Both the position numbers and the translations under genes were made by a program. From contig DROS01000019.1 of assembly GCA_011321815.1 (NCBI GenBank), forward strand, positions 4,118 to 68,117: a stretch of DNA of 64,000 bases, written 5' to 3'. This DNA comes from Gammaproteobacteria bacterium (GTDB lineage Bacteria > Pseudomonadota > Gammaproteobacteria > SZUA-152). The notes under the pieces are model-generated. The model was not told the origin of the DNA. It saw only the letters and a list, made by a program, of their open reading frames with translations, and made no database searches. The stretch's first letter is position 1. Every line of letters begins with the position of its first letter. Of this stretch, positions 40,259-50,559 are shown in pieces.

Positions 40259-40978
40259 TTACCTGTTTGAACGGGTTGCAATTAATGGTTGCAGCCAACG
40301 TCGATAGAGCGCATCCGCTGCGTTGTGCAGTTGCTTGACGCGGTTCCCAAGGTTTTCCATTATTTCGTTTTGGCTTTGTACGCTCGTTGCAGGGTCTGTG
40401 AGTTCATCTTTATAAAGCGTGGTCCACTCGCGCACCATGGCCCCGGTCATTTCAATATGGCATTGCAGCGCCAGGGTGTTACCGATTACAAATCCCTGAT
40501 GGGCGCACAACTCACTGCGGAGAATCGCTGTTGCGCCATCTGGCACGGAAAAAGTTTCGCCATGCCAATGAAACAGCATGCTGTTATCAATGAAGTTCTG
40601 TAACCAGTCATCAGTGTGCGGGCCGGGAATTTTCTGCGCGGGCAACCAGCCAATTTCTTTTACCGGGTTTGCTGTAATGCTGCCACCCAATGCCTTGCTA
40701 ATGAGTTGTCCGCCCAGACAATGTCCGAGCACGGGTAAATTGGCATCGACCGCTTTTTGTATGAGCGCCAGCTCCTGCGGAATCCATTCAATGTCATCAT
40801 TAACGCTCATGGGGCCACCCATGAAAACCAAAGCACTGACATCATCGACCTGTGTCGGGGGTGTCTCTCCGGCATCAATGCGCACCAGCTCAAAAGGGAT
40901 GTTATAGTTTTCCAGCAAAGTGGCAAAATAACCGGGGCCTTCACAGGCAATATGAACAAAGATGCGTATGGGTTTCAT
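40259..40978 (-). CDS. Class I glutamine amidotransferase-like protein.
   Basis: The catalytic Cys lies in the HCLGGQL context. The fold is GATase1. Confidence 0.8.
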   Translation of the reverse strand: MKPIRIFVHIACEGPGYFATLLENYNIPFELVRIDAGETPPTQVDDVSALVFMGGPMSVNDDIEWIPQELALIQKAVDANLPVLGHCLGGQLISKALGGSITANPVKEIGWLPAQKIPGPHTDDWLQNFIDNSMLFHWHGETFSVPDGATAILRSELCAHQGFVIGNTLALQCHIEMTGAMVREWTTLYKDELTDPATSVQSQNEIMENLGNRVKQLHNAADALYRRWLQPLIATRSNR

Positions 40979-41675
40979 GATAGATAAACGACCTGAGTGG
41001 GGTATTCAGATTGTGGGCATATGGCTACTGATGACTTTGTCAGCCTTTGCTGGTGTGGCAGAACCGCAGGATGAGCGCAAACCCGCACGCCAAATTGTAT
41101 TGCAAGGCATTCTTGGCAGCAAGGCCTTGTTGCTGGTGGATGGTCAGCGACAAATGATGTCGGTCAAAGATGCAGCAAAGCAGGGCGTGCGTGTACTGCG
41201 TATTGCGGAGGAGCAGGTGGATGTTGAAGTCGATGGCAAGCGTCGTCGTTTGCGCCTGGGGGGCAGTCGCTCAGTGACGGGCAGATACAAAGTGCGCCAA
41301 AATGCTGAGGTGATTATTTCCAAAAACAATCATGGCATGTATTCCACAGTGGGCAGTATCAATGGTTTACCGGTTTCGTTTTTGGTGGATACAGGGGCCA
41401 CCTCCGTTGCCATGAGTGCGCAACATGCCAAACGGCTGGCCATTGATTTTCGGATGACCGGCGAACCGACGTTTGTGGGGACTGCGTCGGGAGTGAGTAA
41501 AGCGTATCGGGTTACATTGGACAAGGTGACTGTTGGAGGCATCACCCAGCACAATGTGAAAGCGGTGGTTATTGATGGTAATTACCCGATGCAGGTTCTG
41601 TTGGGAATGTCATTTTTGGGGCAACTGGAAATTCAGCGTGATGGCAACCTCATGCGCTTGAAAAAGAAATTTTAA
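40962..41675 (+). CDS. Retropepsin-like (clan AA) aspartic protease with an N-terminal TM segment.
   Basis: The motif is FLVDTGATSVAMS (D-T-G-A). An N-terminal hydrophobic helix is present. The start may be at 40977. Confidence 0.7.
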   Translation: MRMGFMIDKRPEWGIQIVGIWLLMTLSAFAGVAEPQDERKPARQIVLQGILGSKALLLVDGQRQMMSVKDAAKQGVRVLRIAEEQVDVEVDGKRRRLRLGGSRSVTGRYKVRQNAEVIISKNNHGMYSTVGSINGLPVSFLVDTGATSVAMSAQHAKRLAIDFRMTGEPTFVGTASGVSKAYRVTLDKVTVGGITQHNVKAVVIDGNYPMQVLLGMSFLGQLEIQRDGNLMRLKKKF

Positions 41676-41676
41676 G

Positions 41677-42468
41677 CTATGTTGTCATGTTCTTTTCAAT
41701 TAATGCGTAGGCTGAATGATTATGAATGGACTCAAAGTTTTCTGATTCCACTATGTAGGCGGTAATGCGTGAATCCTGGTTTATATGCGCGGCGATATCA
41801 CGCACCATGTCTTCCACAAATTTCGGGTTGTCGTAGGCGCGCTCGGTAACGTATTTCTCATCCGGGCGTTTTAACAGGCCGTACAGTTCGCAGGAGGCAA
41901 TGGATTCCACGGCGTCAATGATGTCTTCAATCCAGACAAATTCTCGTGTTCTGATGGTGACGGTAACGTGTGAACGTTGATTGTGCGCGCCACGGTCAGA
42001 AATTTTCTTTGAGCAGGGGCACAGGCTGGTGACCGGTACGACGACTTTGAGTGTGGTTTCATGCTGGCTACCGCTGCTGGCACCCAAAAAAGTCACATCG
42101 TAATCCAGCAGGCTTTGCACGCCGGATACCGGTGCTGTTTTGTTGACGAAGTAGGGGAAGTTCATTTCGATGTGGCCGGATTCGGCTTCCAGGCGTTCGG
42201 TCATTTCCGCCAGCATGTCTTCGAAAGATTCCACTGAAATTTCGCGTTCGTGCTGGTTGAGTATTTCCACAAAACGTGACATGTGTGTGCCTTTGAAATT
42301 GTGCGGCAGATTCACGTACATGTTGAAGTTGGCGATGGTGTGTTGTTCGCCGCCGGAGCGATCACGAATCCGCACAGGGTGACGGATGTCTTTGATGCCT
42401 ACTTTGTTAATCGGCAGATGACGGGTGTCTTCTGAGTTTTGCACGTCAGCGATAGGGAGAGTGGTCAC
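41677..42468 (-). CDS. folE2: GTP cyclohydrolase I type 2 (FolE2/MptA family).
   Basis: The N-terminus ...[19 protein letters not shown] and a length of 263 aa fit FolE2. The start is a GTG. Confidence 0.85.
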   Translation of the reverse strand: MTTLPIADVQNSEDTRHLPINKVGIKDIRHPVRIRDRSGGEQHTIANFNMYVNLPHNFKGTHMSRFVEILNQHEREISVESFEDMLAEMTERLEAESGHIEMNFPYFVNKTAPVSGVQSLLDYDVTFLGASSGSQHETTLKVVVPVTSLCPCSKKISDRGAHNQRSHVTVTIRTREFVWIEDIIDAVESIASCELYGLLKRPDEKYVTERAYDNPKFVEDMVRDIAAHINQDSRITAYIVESENFESIHNHSAYALIEKNMTT

Positions 42469-42514
42469 AATCTGTTCCTTTGTTTATCAATGTTGGGGGC
42501 GGGTTTCGCTTTCG

Positions 42515-42895
42515 TTACTCTTCTTCATACCGCACACAGGCGCGCTCGGTTTCCCACAGGGTAATGGCTTTGACACGAATCCGCTTATCGTTAAGTGCCG
42601 CCGACAGGCCGCTAAAAATAAACGCGGCGATGTTTTCTGCGGTGGGATTGATTTTGTCAAAGGGTTTAATTTCATTGAGGTAACGATGGTCAAGCACGCC
42701 GGTTAATTCGCGCACCTGCCGGCGTATTGCTTTGAAATCAATGGCCATGCCCACGTTGTCCAACTGGCTGGCTTCCACTTCGGCCTCTACTTTCCAGTTA
42801 TGTCCGTGCATGCGTGAGCAGGCACCGGGGTAATCGCGCAGGGTGTGGGCGGAGGCAAAATCGCTGATAACTTTGAGAGTGTACTTCGCAGGCAT
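42515..42895 (-). CDS. queD: 6-carboxy-5,6,7,8-tetrahydropterin synthase / 6-pyruvoyl-tetrahydropterin synthase family.
   Basis: The motif CSRMHGHNWKVE (Cx3HGH) and a length of 126 aa fit QueD. Confidence 0.85.
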   Translation of the reverse strand: MPAKYTLKVISDFASAHTLRDYPGACSRMHGHNWKVEAEVEASQLDNVGMAIDFKAIRRQVRELTGVLDHRYLNEIKPFDKINPTAENIAAFIFSGLSAALNDKRIRVKAITLWETERACVRYEEE

Positions 42896-42973
42896 GGGTT
42901 CGGTGAGGGCTGGTGTGAGTGATGGGGTGTTTTTAAATAAAAAGCGTAAACAAAATATAAGTTGAGTAAAATA

Positions 42974-44908
42974 CTAAGTTATCGCGCATTGTTTGGCAAC
43001 AGGGGGTTGCGCATTGGCGTGTGCGAGTACGTTGGCAATGGCGGTTTCGATGCCTTTGGCATCCAGGCCGCATTGGCCAAGCAATGCGCTGTGCTCACCG
43101 TGTTCGACAAAACGGTCTGGCAGTCCCAGGTTGTGTATGGCCACTGTGACACCATGGGCGGCCAGGCATTCGTTTACGCCACTGCCGGCGCCGCCGGCCA
43201 CGACATTTTCTTCCACGGTGATAATCAATGTGTGTTGTTCGGCCATTTCCAGTATCAGGTTTTCGTCCAGGGGTTTGACAAAGCGCATGTTGATCACAGT
43301 GGCTCCCAGTGCCTCTCCGGCCGAAACCGCCGGGGCCACCATGCTGCCAAAGGCGAGGATGGCTATGCGGGTGCCGCTGAGCCGTACTTCGGCTTTGCCC
43401 ACTGGCAGGGTTTCAAGGTCTTGTGCGGGTTGTCTGCCAGGGCCGAAGCCGCGTGGATAACGCACGGCGCTGGGGCCGTTGTGCTGGTAGCCGGTGCTGA
43501 GCATTTGGCGGCATTCGGTCTCGTCTGCCGGCGCCATCACCATCAGATTGGGCACGCAGCGCAGGTAACTGAGATCGAAGCTGCCTGCATGGGTGGGGCC
43601 GTCGGCGCCTACCAGCCCGGCGCGGTCGATGGCGAACATGACGGGCAGATTCTGGATGGCAACGTCATGGATCAGCTGATCATAGGCGCGCTGTAAAAAG
43701 GTGGAATAAATGGCGACCACCGGCTTGAGGCCATCGCAGGCCATGCCGGCGGCCAGGGTGACCGCGTGCTGTTCGGCAATACCCACGTCAAAATACTGTG
43801 CGGGATATTGTTCGGAAAAGGCCACCATGCCGGAGCCTTCGCGCATGGCAGGGGTGATGCCCATGAGCTTTTTGTCTTGCGCGGCCATATCACAGAGCCA
43901 GTCGCCAAACACCTGTGTGTAAGTGGGGCCGACTTTTTTGTTGGCAGAGGCGTTGCCTGTGGTAAGTGATTCACCTGTGTCCGGGTCGTAGCTGCCCACT
44001 CCGTGGAAGGCGCAGGGGTCTTCTTCCGCAGGGGTGAAACCCTTGCCTTTTTTGGTGACGATGTGCAGGAACTGGGGGCCATCGAGGGATTTGAGGTTGC
44101 CCAGGGTTTTTACCAGGGAGTCTATGTCGTGGCCGTCGATGGGGCCGATGTAATTGAAACCCAGTTCTTCAAACAGCGTGCCGGGGATCACCATGCCTTT
44201 GGCATGTTCCTCGACACGCTGGGCCAATTCCCACATGTTGGGAATCTGGCTTAATACCTTTTTTGAGCCTGCGCGGGCGGTGAGGTAAAGCTTGCCGGAG
44301 AGGATACGCGCCAGATAGTTGGACAGTCCGCCTACGTTGGGTGAGATGGACATGTCGTTGTCGTTAAGGATTACCAGCAGGTTGGCATCCAGTGAACCGG
44401 CGTGGTTCAGTGCTTCAAAGGCCATGCCCGCTGTCATGGCGCCATCGCCGATGATGGCGACCACTTTTTTGTCGGCTTCGTCTTCATCAGCGGACTGTTG
44501 CGCAGCGATGGCCATGCCCAGCGCGGCGCTGATGGAGGTGCTGGAATGGCCTACGCCGAAGGTGTCATAAGGGCTTTCGCTGCGTTTGGGAAAACCGGCT
44601 ATACCATTCTGTTGACGTATGCTGCGCATTTGATCACGGCGACCGGTGAGGATCTTGTGCGGGTAACTTTGGTGGCCCACGTCCCATACCAGTTTGTCTT
44701 GCGGAGTGTTGAAGACGTAATGCAGGGCGACGGTGAGTTCCACGGTGCCCAGGCCGGAGGAGAGGTGCCCTCCGGTCTGGCCTACGGTTTGAATCAGAAA
44801 GGCGCGCAGTTCGTCAGCCAGTTCTTCGAGCTGGTTGGCGTCCAGTGAGCGGACGTCGTCGGGGTTGTTGATGCTCTCCAGCAGTGGAAAAGCGTGTGTT
44901 TTGGGCAT
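42974..44908 (-). CDS. dxs: 1-deoxy-D-xylulose-5-phosphate synthase.
   Basis: A TPP-binding motif ([18 protein letters not shown]) and a transketolase-like domain are present. The xseB-ispA-dxs operon order fits. The start is an internal ATG at 44908. Confidence 0.95.
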   Translation of the reverse strand: MPKTHAFPLLESINNPDDVRSLDANQLEELADELRAFLIQTVGQTGGHLSSGLGTVELTVALHYVFNTPQDKLVWDVGHQSYPHKILTGRRDQMRSIRQQNGIAGFPKRSESPYDTFGVGHSSTSISAALGMAIAAQQSADEDEADKKVVAIIGDGAMTAGMAFEALNHAGSLDANLLVILNDNDMSISPNVGGLSNYLARILSGKLYLTARAGSKKVLSQIPNMWELAQRVEEHAKGMVIPGTLFEELGFNYIGPIDGHDIDSLVKTLGNLKSLDGPQFLHIVTKKGKGFTPAEEDPCAFHGVGSYDPDTGESLTTGNASANKKVGPTYTQVFGDWLCDMAAQDKKLMGITPAMREGSGMVAFSEQYPAQYFDVGIAEQHAVTLAAGMACDGLKPVVAIYSTFLQRAYDQLIHDVAIQNLPVMFAIDRAGLVGADGPTHAGSFDLSYLRCVPNLMVMAPADETECRQMLSTGYQHNGPSAVRYPRGFGPGRQPAQDLETLPVGKAEVRLSGTRIAILAFGSMVAPAVSAGEALGATVINMRFVKPLDENLILEMAEQHTLIITVEENVVAGGAGSGVNECLAAHGVTVAIHNLGLPDRFVEHGEHSALLGQCGLDAKGIETAIANVLAHANAQPPVAKQCAIT

Positions 44909-45023
44909 GGGCTGTGTTGCAATTTTTTCGCAGAGCGGGACTGCCCACCGTTTCAGACTATGAATGGTGTGCAATGGTGGGGGGTGCCCATCCTGCGAGT
45001 TTTAAAAAAGGGAGGTGATTATA

Positions 45024-45920
45024 TCAGCTTTGCCGGTGAATGATGTAGCCGGCGATATCGCGCAGTGGTTGAGCAGCCTCACCCCAGTGGGACAGGCTGT
45101 GGAGGGCTTCCTGATGCAGTTCATCAGCGTGGCGTTTGGCTTCGGCCATGCCCAGCAAGGCGGGATAGGTGGCTTTATGGCGGGCTTCGTCAGACCCCTG
45201 GGGTTTGCCCAGAGTTTGTGTGTCACCTTCTATGTCGAGGATATCATCGCGGATCTGAAAGGCCAGCCCCATGCACTTGGCGAAGTGGTCGAGTTTTTCC
45301 CGTTGCACATCTTCTATATCAGGCTGGCTCAATGCGCCCAGTTGGACGCTGGCGCGGATCAGCGCTCCGGTTTTGTGAATGTGCATGTTTTCCAGTTCGA
45401 TGAAGCTCATGGTTTGGCCTGCACCTTCGGCGGCGAGATCCATGGCCTGACCTCCTGCCATGCCCCGTGAACCGCTGGCCAGGGCCAGGGTTTCCACCAT
45501 TTTCAGGCGAAGTCTGGCATCGTCTACCATGCCCGGGTCGTGGGCGAGAATGTAGAACGCCAGGGATTGCAAAGCATCGCCAGTGAGGATCGCTGTGGCT
45601 TCGTCAAACCGGATGTGGCAGGTGGGCTTGCCGCGGCGCAGTTCGTCGTTGTCCATGGCGGGCAGGTCGTCATGAATCAGTGAATAGACGTGAATCAGTT
45701 CCAACGCACAGGCCGGGCCATCCAGGGTGGCGGGGGTAACGCCGAGCATTTGTCCAGTAAGGTATACCAGTAACGGGCGTATCCGCTTGCCGCCATCGAG
45801 GCTGGCGTAACGCATGGCTTCGTGCAGTAATGCCGGGTTTACGCTCGTGGCGGGCAGCCAGTGTTGTAGCGCCTTTTCAGTGCGGGCTTGACAGGTATCG
45901 AGCAGGGGAGTCAGTGACAT
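45024..45920 (-). CDS. ispA: Farnesyl-diphosphate synthase (geranyltranstransferase).
   Basis: The DDxxD motifs are LIHDDLPAMDND and FQIRDDILD. Confidence 0.9.
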   Translation of the reverse strand: MSLTPLLDTCQARTEKALQHWLPATSVNPALLHEAMRYASLDGGKRIRPLLVYLTGQMLGVTPATLDGPACALELIHVYSLIHDDLPAMDNDELRRGKPTCHIRFDEATAILTGDALQSLAFYILAHDPGMVDDARLRLKMVETLALASGSRGMAGGQAMDLAAEGAGQTMSFIELENMHIHKTGALIRASVQLGALSQPDIEDVQREKLDHFAKCMGLAFQIRDDILDIEGDTQTLGKPQGSDEARHKATYPALLGMAEAKRHADELHQEALHSLSHWGEAAQPLRDIAGYIIHRQS

Positions 45921-45976
45921 GGGGCTGGAGCAGGTAAAAGGGCAAGGCGTAAAGAGGAAAGAGGAGTGGATGGCAT

Positions 45977-46213
45977 CTATTCCCCCCCGCTCTTGAAATC
46001 TTCCGGCTCACCGTCTTTTTTCAGCAGAATTTCCACTTTTTGTTCTGCTTCGGCCAGTGCGGTCTGGCAGCTGCGGGTGAGTTCGATGCCGCGTTCAAAG
46101 TCTTTCAACGAATCTTCCAGTGAGGATTCGCCATTTTCCATGCGCTCCACCAGGGTTTCGAGTTCTTTCAGTGCTGTTTCAAAATCCGGTGTTTTTTGCT
46201 TTTTTGGGGCCAT
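45977..46213 (-). CDS. xseB: Exodeoxyribonuclease VII small subunit.
   Basis: It is a 78-aa helical protein, [16 protein letters not shown], located upstream of ispA. Confidence 0.85.
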   Translation of the reverse strand: MAPKKQKTPDFETALKELETLVERMENGESSLEDSLKDFERGIELTRSCQTALAEAEQKVEILLKKDGEPEDFKSGGE

Positions 46214-46386
46214 ATGTTTTTCCGTTTTTTACGGGTGGCCGGTACGTTAACGCAGGGTCTCCGGCCGGGTCAATTCTGCCTGGGTTAAATGTGATGAAAA
46301 AAACGGTTTTTCAGTTTGGTTTCAGCTTGAGGGCGTAGCTTATCTGTCAACAAGGGCAACATCGACAAACGGACAGGAGAACGGAG

Positions 46387-47019
46387 ATGAATACTTCCAT
46401 TACAAAATTTGAGCACAATGCCACCAGCGTTCAGCAGGTTCAGCCGAAAATGCTCAAGGTGTGGGACCCGTTGGTGCGCATATTTCATTGGTCATTGGTG
46501 AGCGCCTTTTTTATCGCTTATTTCACCGAGGATGATTTGCTGGATCTGCACGTTTATGCCGGTTATCTGATTGGTGGGTTGTTGGTTTTCCGCTTGATCT
46601 GGGGTTTCGTGGGTAGCCGCCATGCGCGGTTTTCTGATTTTGTGAAACGCCCCCGCGAAGTGTGGGCTTACCTGAAATCCATTATCGCCCAGCATCCACG
46701 ACGCTATCTGGGACACAACCCTGCCGGTGGCGCCATGGTGATTGCTTTGCTGTCATCGTTGGTGCTGGTGACGATAAGCGGTATCGCCCTTTATGGCGCA
46801 GATGAATCTGCCGGACCATTGGCTGCCAGTCTGACCGGGATGAGTGAATTTTGGATTGGTGTGTTGGAAGACGTGCATGAGTTTTTTGCCAACGCCACGT
46901 TGACACTGGTGTTCTTCCATGTGCTGGGTGTGTTGATAGCGAGTTTTCAGCACAAGGAAAATCTTGTGAAGTCCATGGTGGATGGCCGTAAATCGGCTGA
47001 CGAAGAAGGTGTGGCATGA
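46387..47019 (+). CDS. Cytochrome b561-family membrane dihaem b-type cytochrome.
   Basis: It has four TM helices with conserved His (IFHWSL..., FFHVLGV). It is the first gene of a six-gene module. Confidence 0.8.
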   Translation: MNTSITKFEHNATSVQQVQPKMLKVWDPLVRIFHWSLVSAFFIAYFTEDDLLDLHVYAGYLIGGLLVFRLIWGFVGSRHARFSDFVKRPREVWAYLKSIIAQHPRRYLGHNPAGGAMVIALLSSLVLVTISGIALYGADESAGPLAASLTGMSEFWIGVLEDVHEFFANATLTLVFFHVLGVLIASFQHKENLVKSMVDGRKSADEEGVA

Positions 47020-47429
47020 AAACGGGGTGTGAAGTATTGCGCAAGGGTTTGCTCATTTTGTCTGTCACCGTGCCACTGGCCGGCCAGGCGTCTGTGGTGG
47101 ATGAGCGGCAGGCCGCCTATCGGGCCAGTGGGGCAGGGCCATTCAGTGCGCAAAAAGGCGGGCAGTTATGGCAGCGGGAAGTGGTGAGCACGAAAGACGG
47201 TCGTGCCCGCAGTTGTACCACGTGTCATGGCAATGATTTGCGCAGCACTGGCAAACACACCAAAACCGGCAAGGTCATCGAGCCGCTTAGTCCGGCAGTC
47301 AATGCTGAACGTCTGAGCAGCGCCAAAAAAATCCGCAAATGGTTTAAACGTAATTGCAAATGGACCTGGGGGCGTGAATGCACGCCGCAGGAAAAAGGCG
47401 ATCTGTTGAGCTTTATTCGTCATCAATAA
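47016..47429 (+). CDS. DUF1924-type periplasmic monohaem c-type cytochrome.
   Basis: It has a signal peptide and a single CTTCHG motif. Its start overlaps the upstream stop (ATGA). Confidence 0.65.
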   Translation: MKTGCEVLRKGLLILSVTVPLAGQASVVDERQAAYRASGAGPFSAQKGGQLWQREVVSTKDGRARSCTTCHGNDLRSTGKHTKTGKVIEPLSPAVNAERLSSAKKIRKWFKRNCKWTWGRECTPQEKGDLLSFIRHQ

Positions 47430-47453
47430 TGTTGAAATGCAAAGGTCATTATC

Positions 47454-48035
47454 ATGAATAACAGTAAAAACAAAACCTGGAGTATTGTATTGAGCATGGG
47501 TCTCGTATTGGGGCTCATCGGTGTCAGCGGGCTGGTGCTCAGTGATGACGATGATGAGTACGAAGGCAACGGCCGATGGCGTCAGTCCCGACTGGATGTG
47601 GCGCCGGTGAACAATGCCTTTTATAAAGAAGAGTGTGGTTCCTGTCATTTTCCCTATCAGCCAGGTCTGTTACCAGCCCGTTCCTGGCAAAAGTTGATGG
47701 GTGGATTAGAAGATCATTTTTCTGAAAATGCGGAACTGGATGCTGCTGACGCCCGGCAACTCACGGCCTATCTCACAGCAAACGCGGCAGATACGTCTAA
47801 CTACAAGCGGTCGCGGGGTATCAGCCGTTCATTGGCTAAAGATGATGTTCCATTGCGCATCAGTACCACACGTTATTTCAAGCGCAAGCATCACGAGCTT
47901 TCTGCACGCATGGTGAAAAACAATCCCGAGGTGCGTTCATTCAGTAATTGCCAGCTTTGTCATACACGAGCGGCGCAAGGCGCCTATAATGAACATCAGG
48001 TGAAAGTGCCGGGTTATGCCGGATGGGATGATTGA
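47454..48035 (+). CDS. Dihaem cytochrome c (DHC family).
   Basis: It has a signal peptide and two CXXCH motifs (CGSCHF, CQLCHT). Confidence 0.7.
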   Translation: MNNSKNKTWSIVLSMGLVLGLIGVSGLVLSDDDDEYEGNGRWRQSRLDVAPVNNAFYKEECGSCHFPYQPGLLPARSWQKLMGGLEDHFSENAELDAADARQLTAYLTANAADTSNYKRSRGISRSLAKDDVPLRISTTRYFKRKHHELSARMVKNNPEVRSFSNCQLCHTRAAQGAYNEHQVKVPGYAGWDD

Positions 48036-48197
48036 GCCTGCTTGTTTCGAGGTTGTGGTAAAAATGAGCCCGGTGCACACAGGATATGTGCTGGTGTTAA
48101 CGCAGAGGTACAGAGGACACGGAGAAAGTCATTTGAGTAATGCCTGTTATTACCGTAGGTTTAACGGATTAACTCAAACTGTAAAGAAGGTGTTTGG

Positions 48198-48500
48198 ATG
48201 AGGCGTCTATCAATTGTGTTGCTGTTGTTGTCCGGCCTGTTTGTGTTGACACCCGGATTGAGCGACGAAGATCACCAGCAGGCCCGGCGCTTGAAAGAGC
48301 TGGGTGAGATTTTGCCACTGGAGCAGATTATTGAGATCGCCAGGGCAAAACAACCTGGCCGGGTGATTGAAGTTGAATTGAAAAATAAAAGTGGGCGTCA
48401 TGTTTACGAGGTGGAGTTGTTGGATATGCGCGGTGGCGTCTGGGAACTCTATTTTGATGCGGCAACCGGTGAACTGATTAAACGTGAGCAGGAGGATTGA
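48198..48500 (+). CDS. Secreted PepSY-domain protein.
   Basis: It has a signal peptide and a ~60-aa PepSY-like fold. It lies upstream of and overlaps the response-regulator gene. Confidence 0.6.
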   Translation: MRRLSIVLLLLSGLFVLTPGLSDEDHQQARRLKELGEILPLEQIIEIARAKQPGRVIEVELKNKSGRHVYEVELLDMRGGVWELYFDAATGELIKREQED

Positions 48501-49177
48501 TGAGACTATTGCTGGTTGAAGATGACGAATCCCTGGCCGCAGGTCTCAAACAGGATTTGTCCCGTGCCGGTTTTGCCGTGGACGTAGCGCATGATGGCAT
48601 TGATGGGGAATTTATGGGTAATGAGGTGGATTATGATGCGGTGATTCTTGATCTGGGTCTGCCCAAAAAGCCGGGGCTTGATGTATTGGCCGATTGGCGC
48701 AAACAACAAAATACGGTGCCAGTGATTGTGCTTACCGCGCGGGATGCCTGGAATGAACGAGTCGATGGATTGCGCGCCGGTGCCGATGATTATCTGGGTA
48801 AGCCTTTTCATGTGGAAGAATTGTTGGCCCGTATTGATGCCATGATTCGCCGTCGTGATGGGCGTGCCGGTGGCTCACTGGAAATAGCGGGCCTGGTGCT
48901 GGACGAGGAGCGTCAACAGGTGACGGATGCCACAGGCACCCGCCATCCATTGACGGGCACAGAATTTCGCTTACTGCGCTATTTCATGAACCATCCCGAT
49001 AAGGTGTTATCCAAAAATAAACTCACAGAACATGTTTACGAAGATGATGCGGATCGTGACAGTAATGTCATTGAGGTTTATGTGCGGCGTCTGCGCGATA
49101 AACTGGGCAATGAACAGATTCGTACCCAGCGTGGGCAGGGTTATGTTTTTACCGGTAATAATAGGGGCAGCATTTGA
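48497..49177 (+). CDS. OmpR-family response regulator with a REC domain and a winged-helix domain.
   Basis: The REC region reads LLVEDDESL...DAVILDLGLP. The C-terminus is ...IRTQRGQGYVF. Confidence 0.9.
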   Translation: MMRLLLVEDDESLAAGLKQDLSRAGFAVDVAHDGIDGEFMGNEVDYDAVILDLGLPKKPGLDVLADWRKQQNTVPVIVLTARDAWNERVDGLRAGADDYLGKPFHVEELLARIDAMIRRRDGRAGGSLEIAGLVLDEERQQVTDATGTRHPLTGTEFRLLRYFMNHPDKVLSKNKLTEHVYEDDADRDSNVIEVYVRRLRDKLGNEQIRTQRGQGYVFTGNNRGSI

Positions 49178-50523
49178 ATTCAGTACAACAACGTTTGCAG
49201 CTGGGGCTGATCGCCAACATAGTGCTGTTGATGTTGTTGTTATGGTGGCTGGTGGCTGGCGCTATTGAAAAATTTGGAGAGGAGTTTGTGCAATCCCGGC
49301 TGGAGCATGATGCTGATCGTTTATTATCGGCCTTGCAGGTGGATGAAAGCGGTGTGTTGCAGCTAACGCCGGATCGTATGACAAACCTCTACAAGCAACC
49401 CTTTTCCGGCCATTATTTTGTGGTGTTGAATGATAACAAAACACTTTATTCCCGTTCATTGTGGGATGAGTCCCTGGCTGTATCACGTTTGCCCAAAGGC
49501 GTGGTGCGTCAATGGAATACGCAGGGTCCGCTGGGGCAGACATTGTTGGTATGGGCGGGTGGATTTCAGAAGCAGGGACAGCGTTTCACACTTGCTGTTG
49601 CAGAGGACTTGACGCCATTGTCAGAAAGTCTGGTGCGGTTCAATTGGTATTTTGCCGGCCTGTCGTTACTGACATTGATGTTGCTGCTGGGTGTACAGCA
49701 TTACGTTGTACGCCGATCCTTTCGACCGTTAGAGCATATTTTGTACGAGATTAAAAACCTGCAACAGGGTGCAGTGGGTGAATTGAGTGAGGATGTGCCC
49801 GCTGAGGTGCGACCGTTGGTGCGCGAAGTTAATCATCTGTTGCGCCTGCTGGGTGAAAGGCTGCAACGTTCACGCAATGCCCTGGGCAATCTGGCTCATG
49901 CCCTTAAAGGCCCATTAAGCCTGCTGACCCGGCTTGGGCAACAGGAAAGCATGCGTGCATTGCCCGACTTGTCGGCCAGTCTGAAACAACAGACCGATAA
50001 CATCCGTCAGCTTATGGACCGTGAACTGAAACGTGCCCGGCTCATGGGGCAGGGTGCGCCGGGTGTGCGTTTTGCGCCACAGGAAGAAATGCCAGTACTG
50101 GTGGATGTATTGCAACGCATGTTTACTGCGGTGGACGGACAGAAAAAATCCCTGGATATCCATTGGCAGGCACCGGATGTGGTTTTTGTTTTTGATCGTG
50201 ACGACATGCTGGAATTGATCGGCAATTTGCTGGATAACGCCTGCAAGTGGGCAAAACATCAAGTGCGCTGTGAATTGCGGGGTGACGAATACCATTTACA
50301 GTTAGCGGTGGAAGATGATGGCCCGGGATGCAGCGATGAGGAAATCAAACAATTGACGGCGCGAGGGGTGCGCATTGATGAAGCGGCACCCGGTCATGGG
50401 TTGGGTTTGGCGATTGTGCGTGATGTGGTGGAGATTTATGGCGGTACGTTAACGCTGGGGCGGTCTTCGACGCTGGGTGGGTTGCGGGTTTCCGTGTGTC
50501 TGGAAAAGCACACAGCGAAGTAA
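49174..50523 (+). CDS. Sensor histidine kinase with two TM segments and a periplasmic loop, followed by HAMP, HisKA and HATPase domains.
   Basis: H-box, N, G1 and G2 motifs are present. It is translationally coupled to the regulator gene. Confidence 0.85.
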   Translation: MNSVQQRLQLGLIANIVLLMLLLWWLVAGAIEKFGEEFVQSRLEHDADRLLSALQVDESGVLQLTPDRMTNLYKQPFSGHYFVVLNDNKTLYSRSLWDESLAVSRLPKGVVRQWNTQGPLGQTLLVWAGGFQKQGQRFTLAVAEDLTPLSESLVRFNWYFAGLSLLTLMLLLGVQHYVVRRSFRPLEHILYEIKNLQQGAVGELSEDVPAEVRPLVREVNHLLRLLGERLQRSRNALGNLAHALKGPLSLLTRLGQQESMRALPDLSASLKQQTDNIRQLMDRELKRARLMGQGAPGVRFAPQEEMPVLVDVLQRMFTAVDGQKKSLDIHWQAPDVVFVFDRDDMLELIGNLLDNACKWAKHQVRCELRGDEYHLQLAVEDDGPGCSDEEIKQLTARGVRIDEAAPGHGLGLAIVRDVVEIYGGTLTLGRSSTLGGLRVSVCLEKHTAK

Positions 50524-50559
50524 ATGGCCTGGGGTAAATGGCAGTGGTTCGGGTTTGAC

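Noticed and set aside
42962-44848. Several plus-strand ORFs of 150-244 aa opposite dxs.
   Set aside because: They are antisense to a highly conserved essential gene and have low-complexity, Ala/Gly-rich translations typical of shadow ORFs.
47016-47429. An initial impression that this is a cytochrome c-prime.
   Set aside because: The single CXXCH is mid-protein, not C-terminal, and the four-helix c-prime pattern is absent. The protein fits the DUF1924 monohaem family that accompanies b561 and dihaem cytochrome c.
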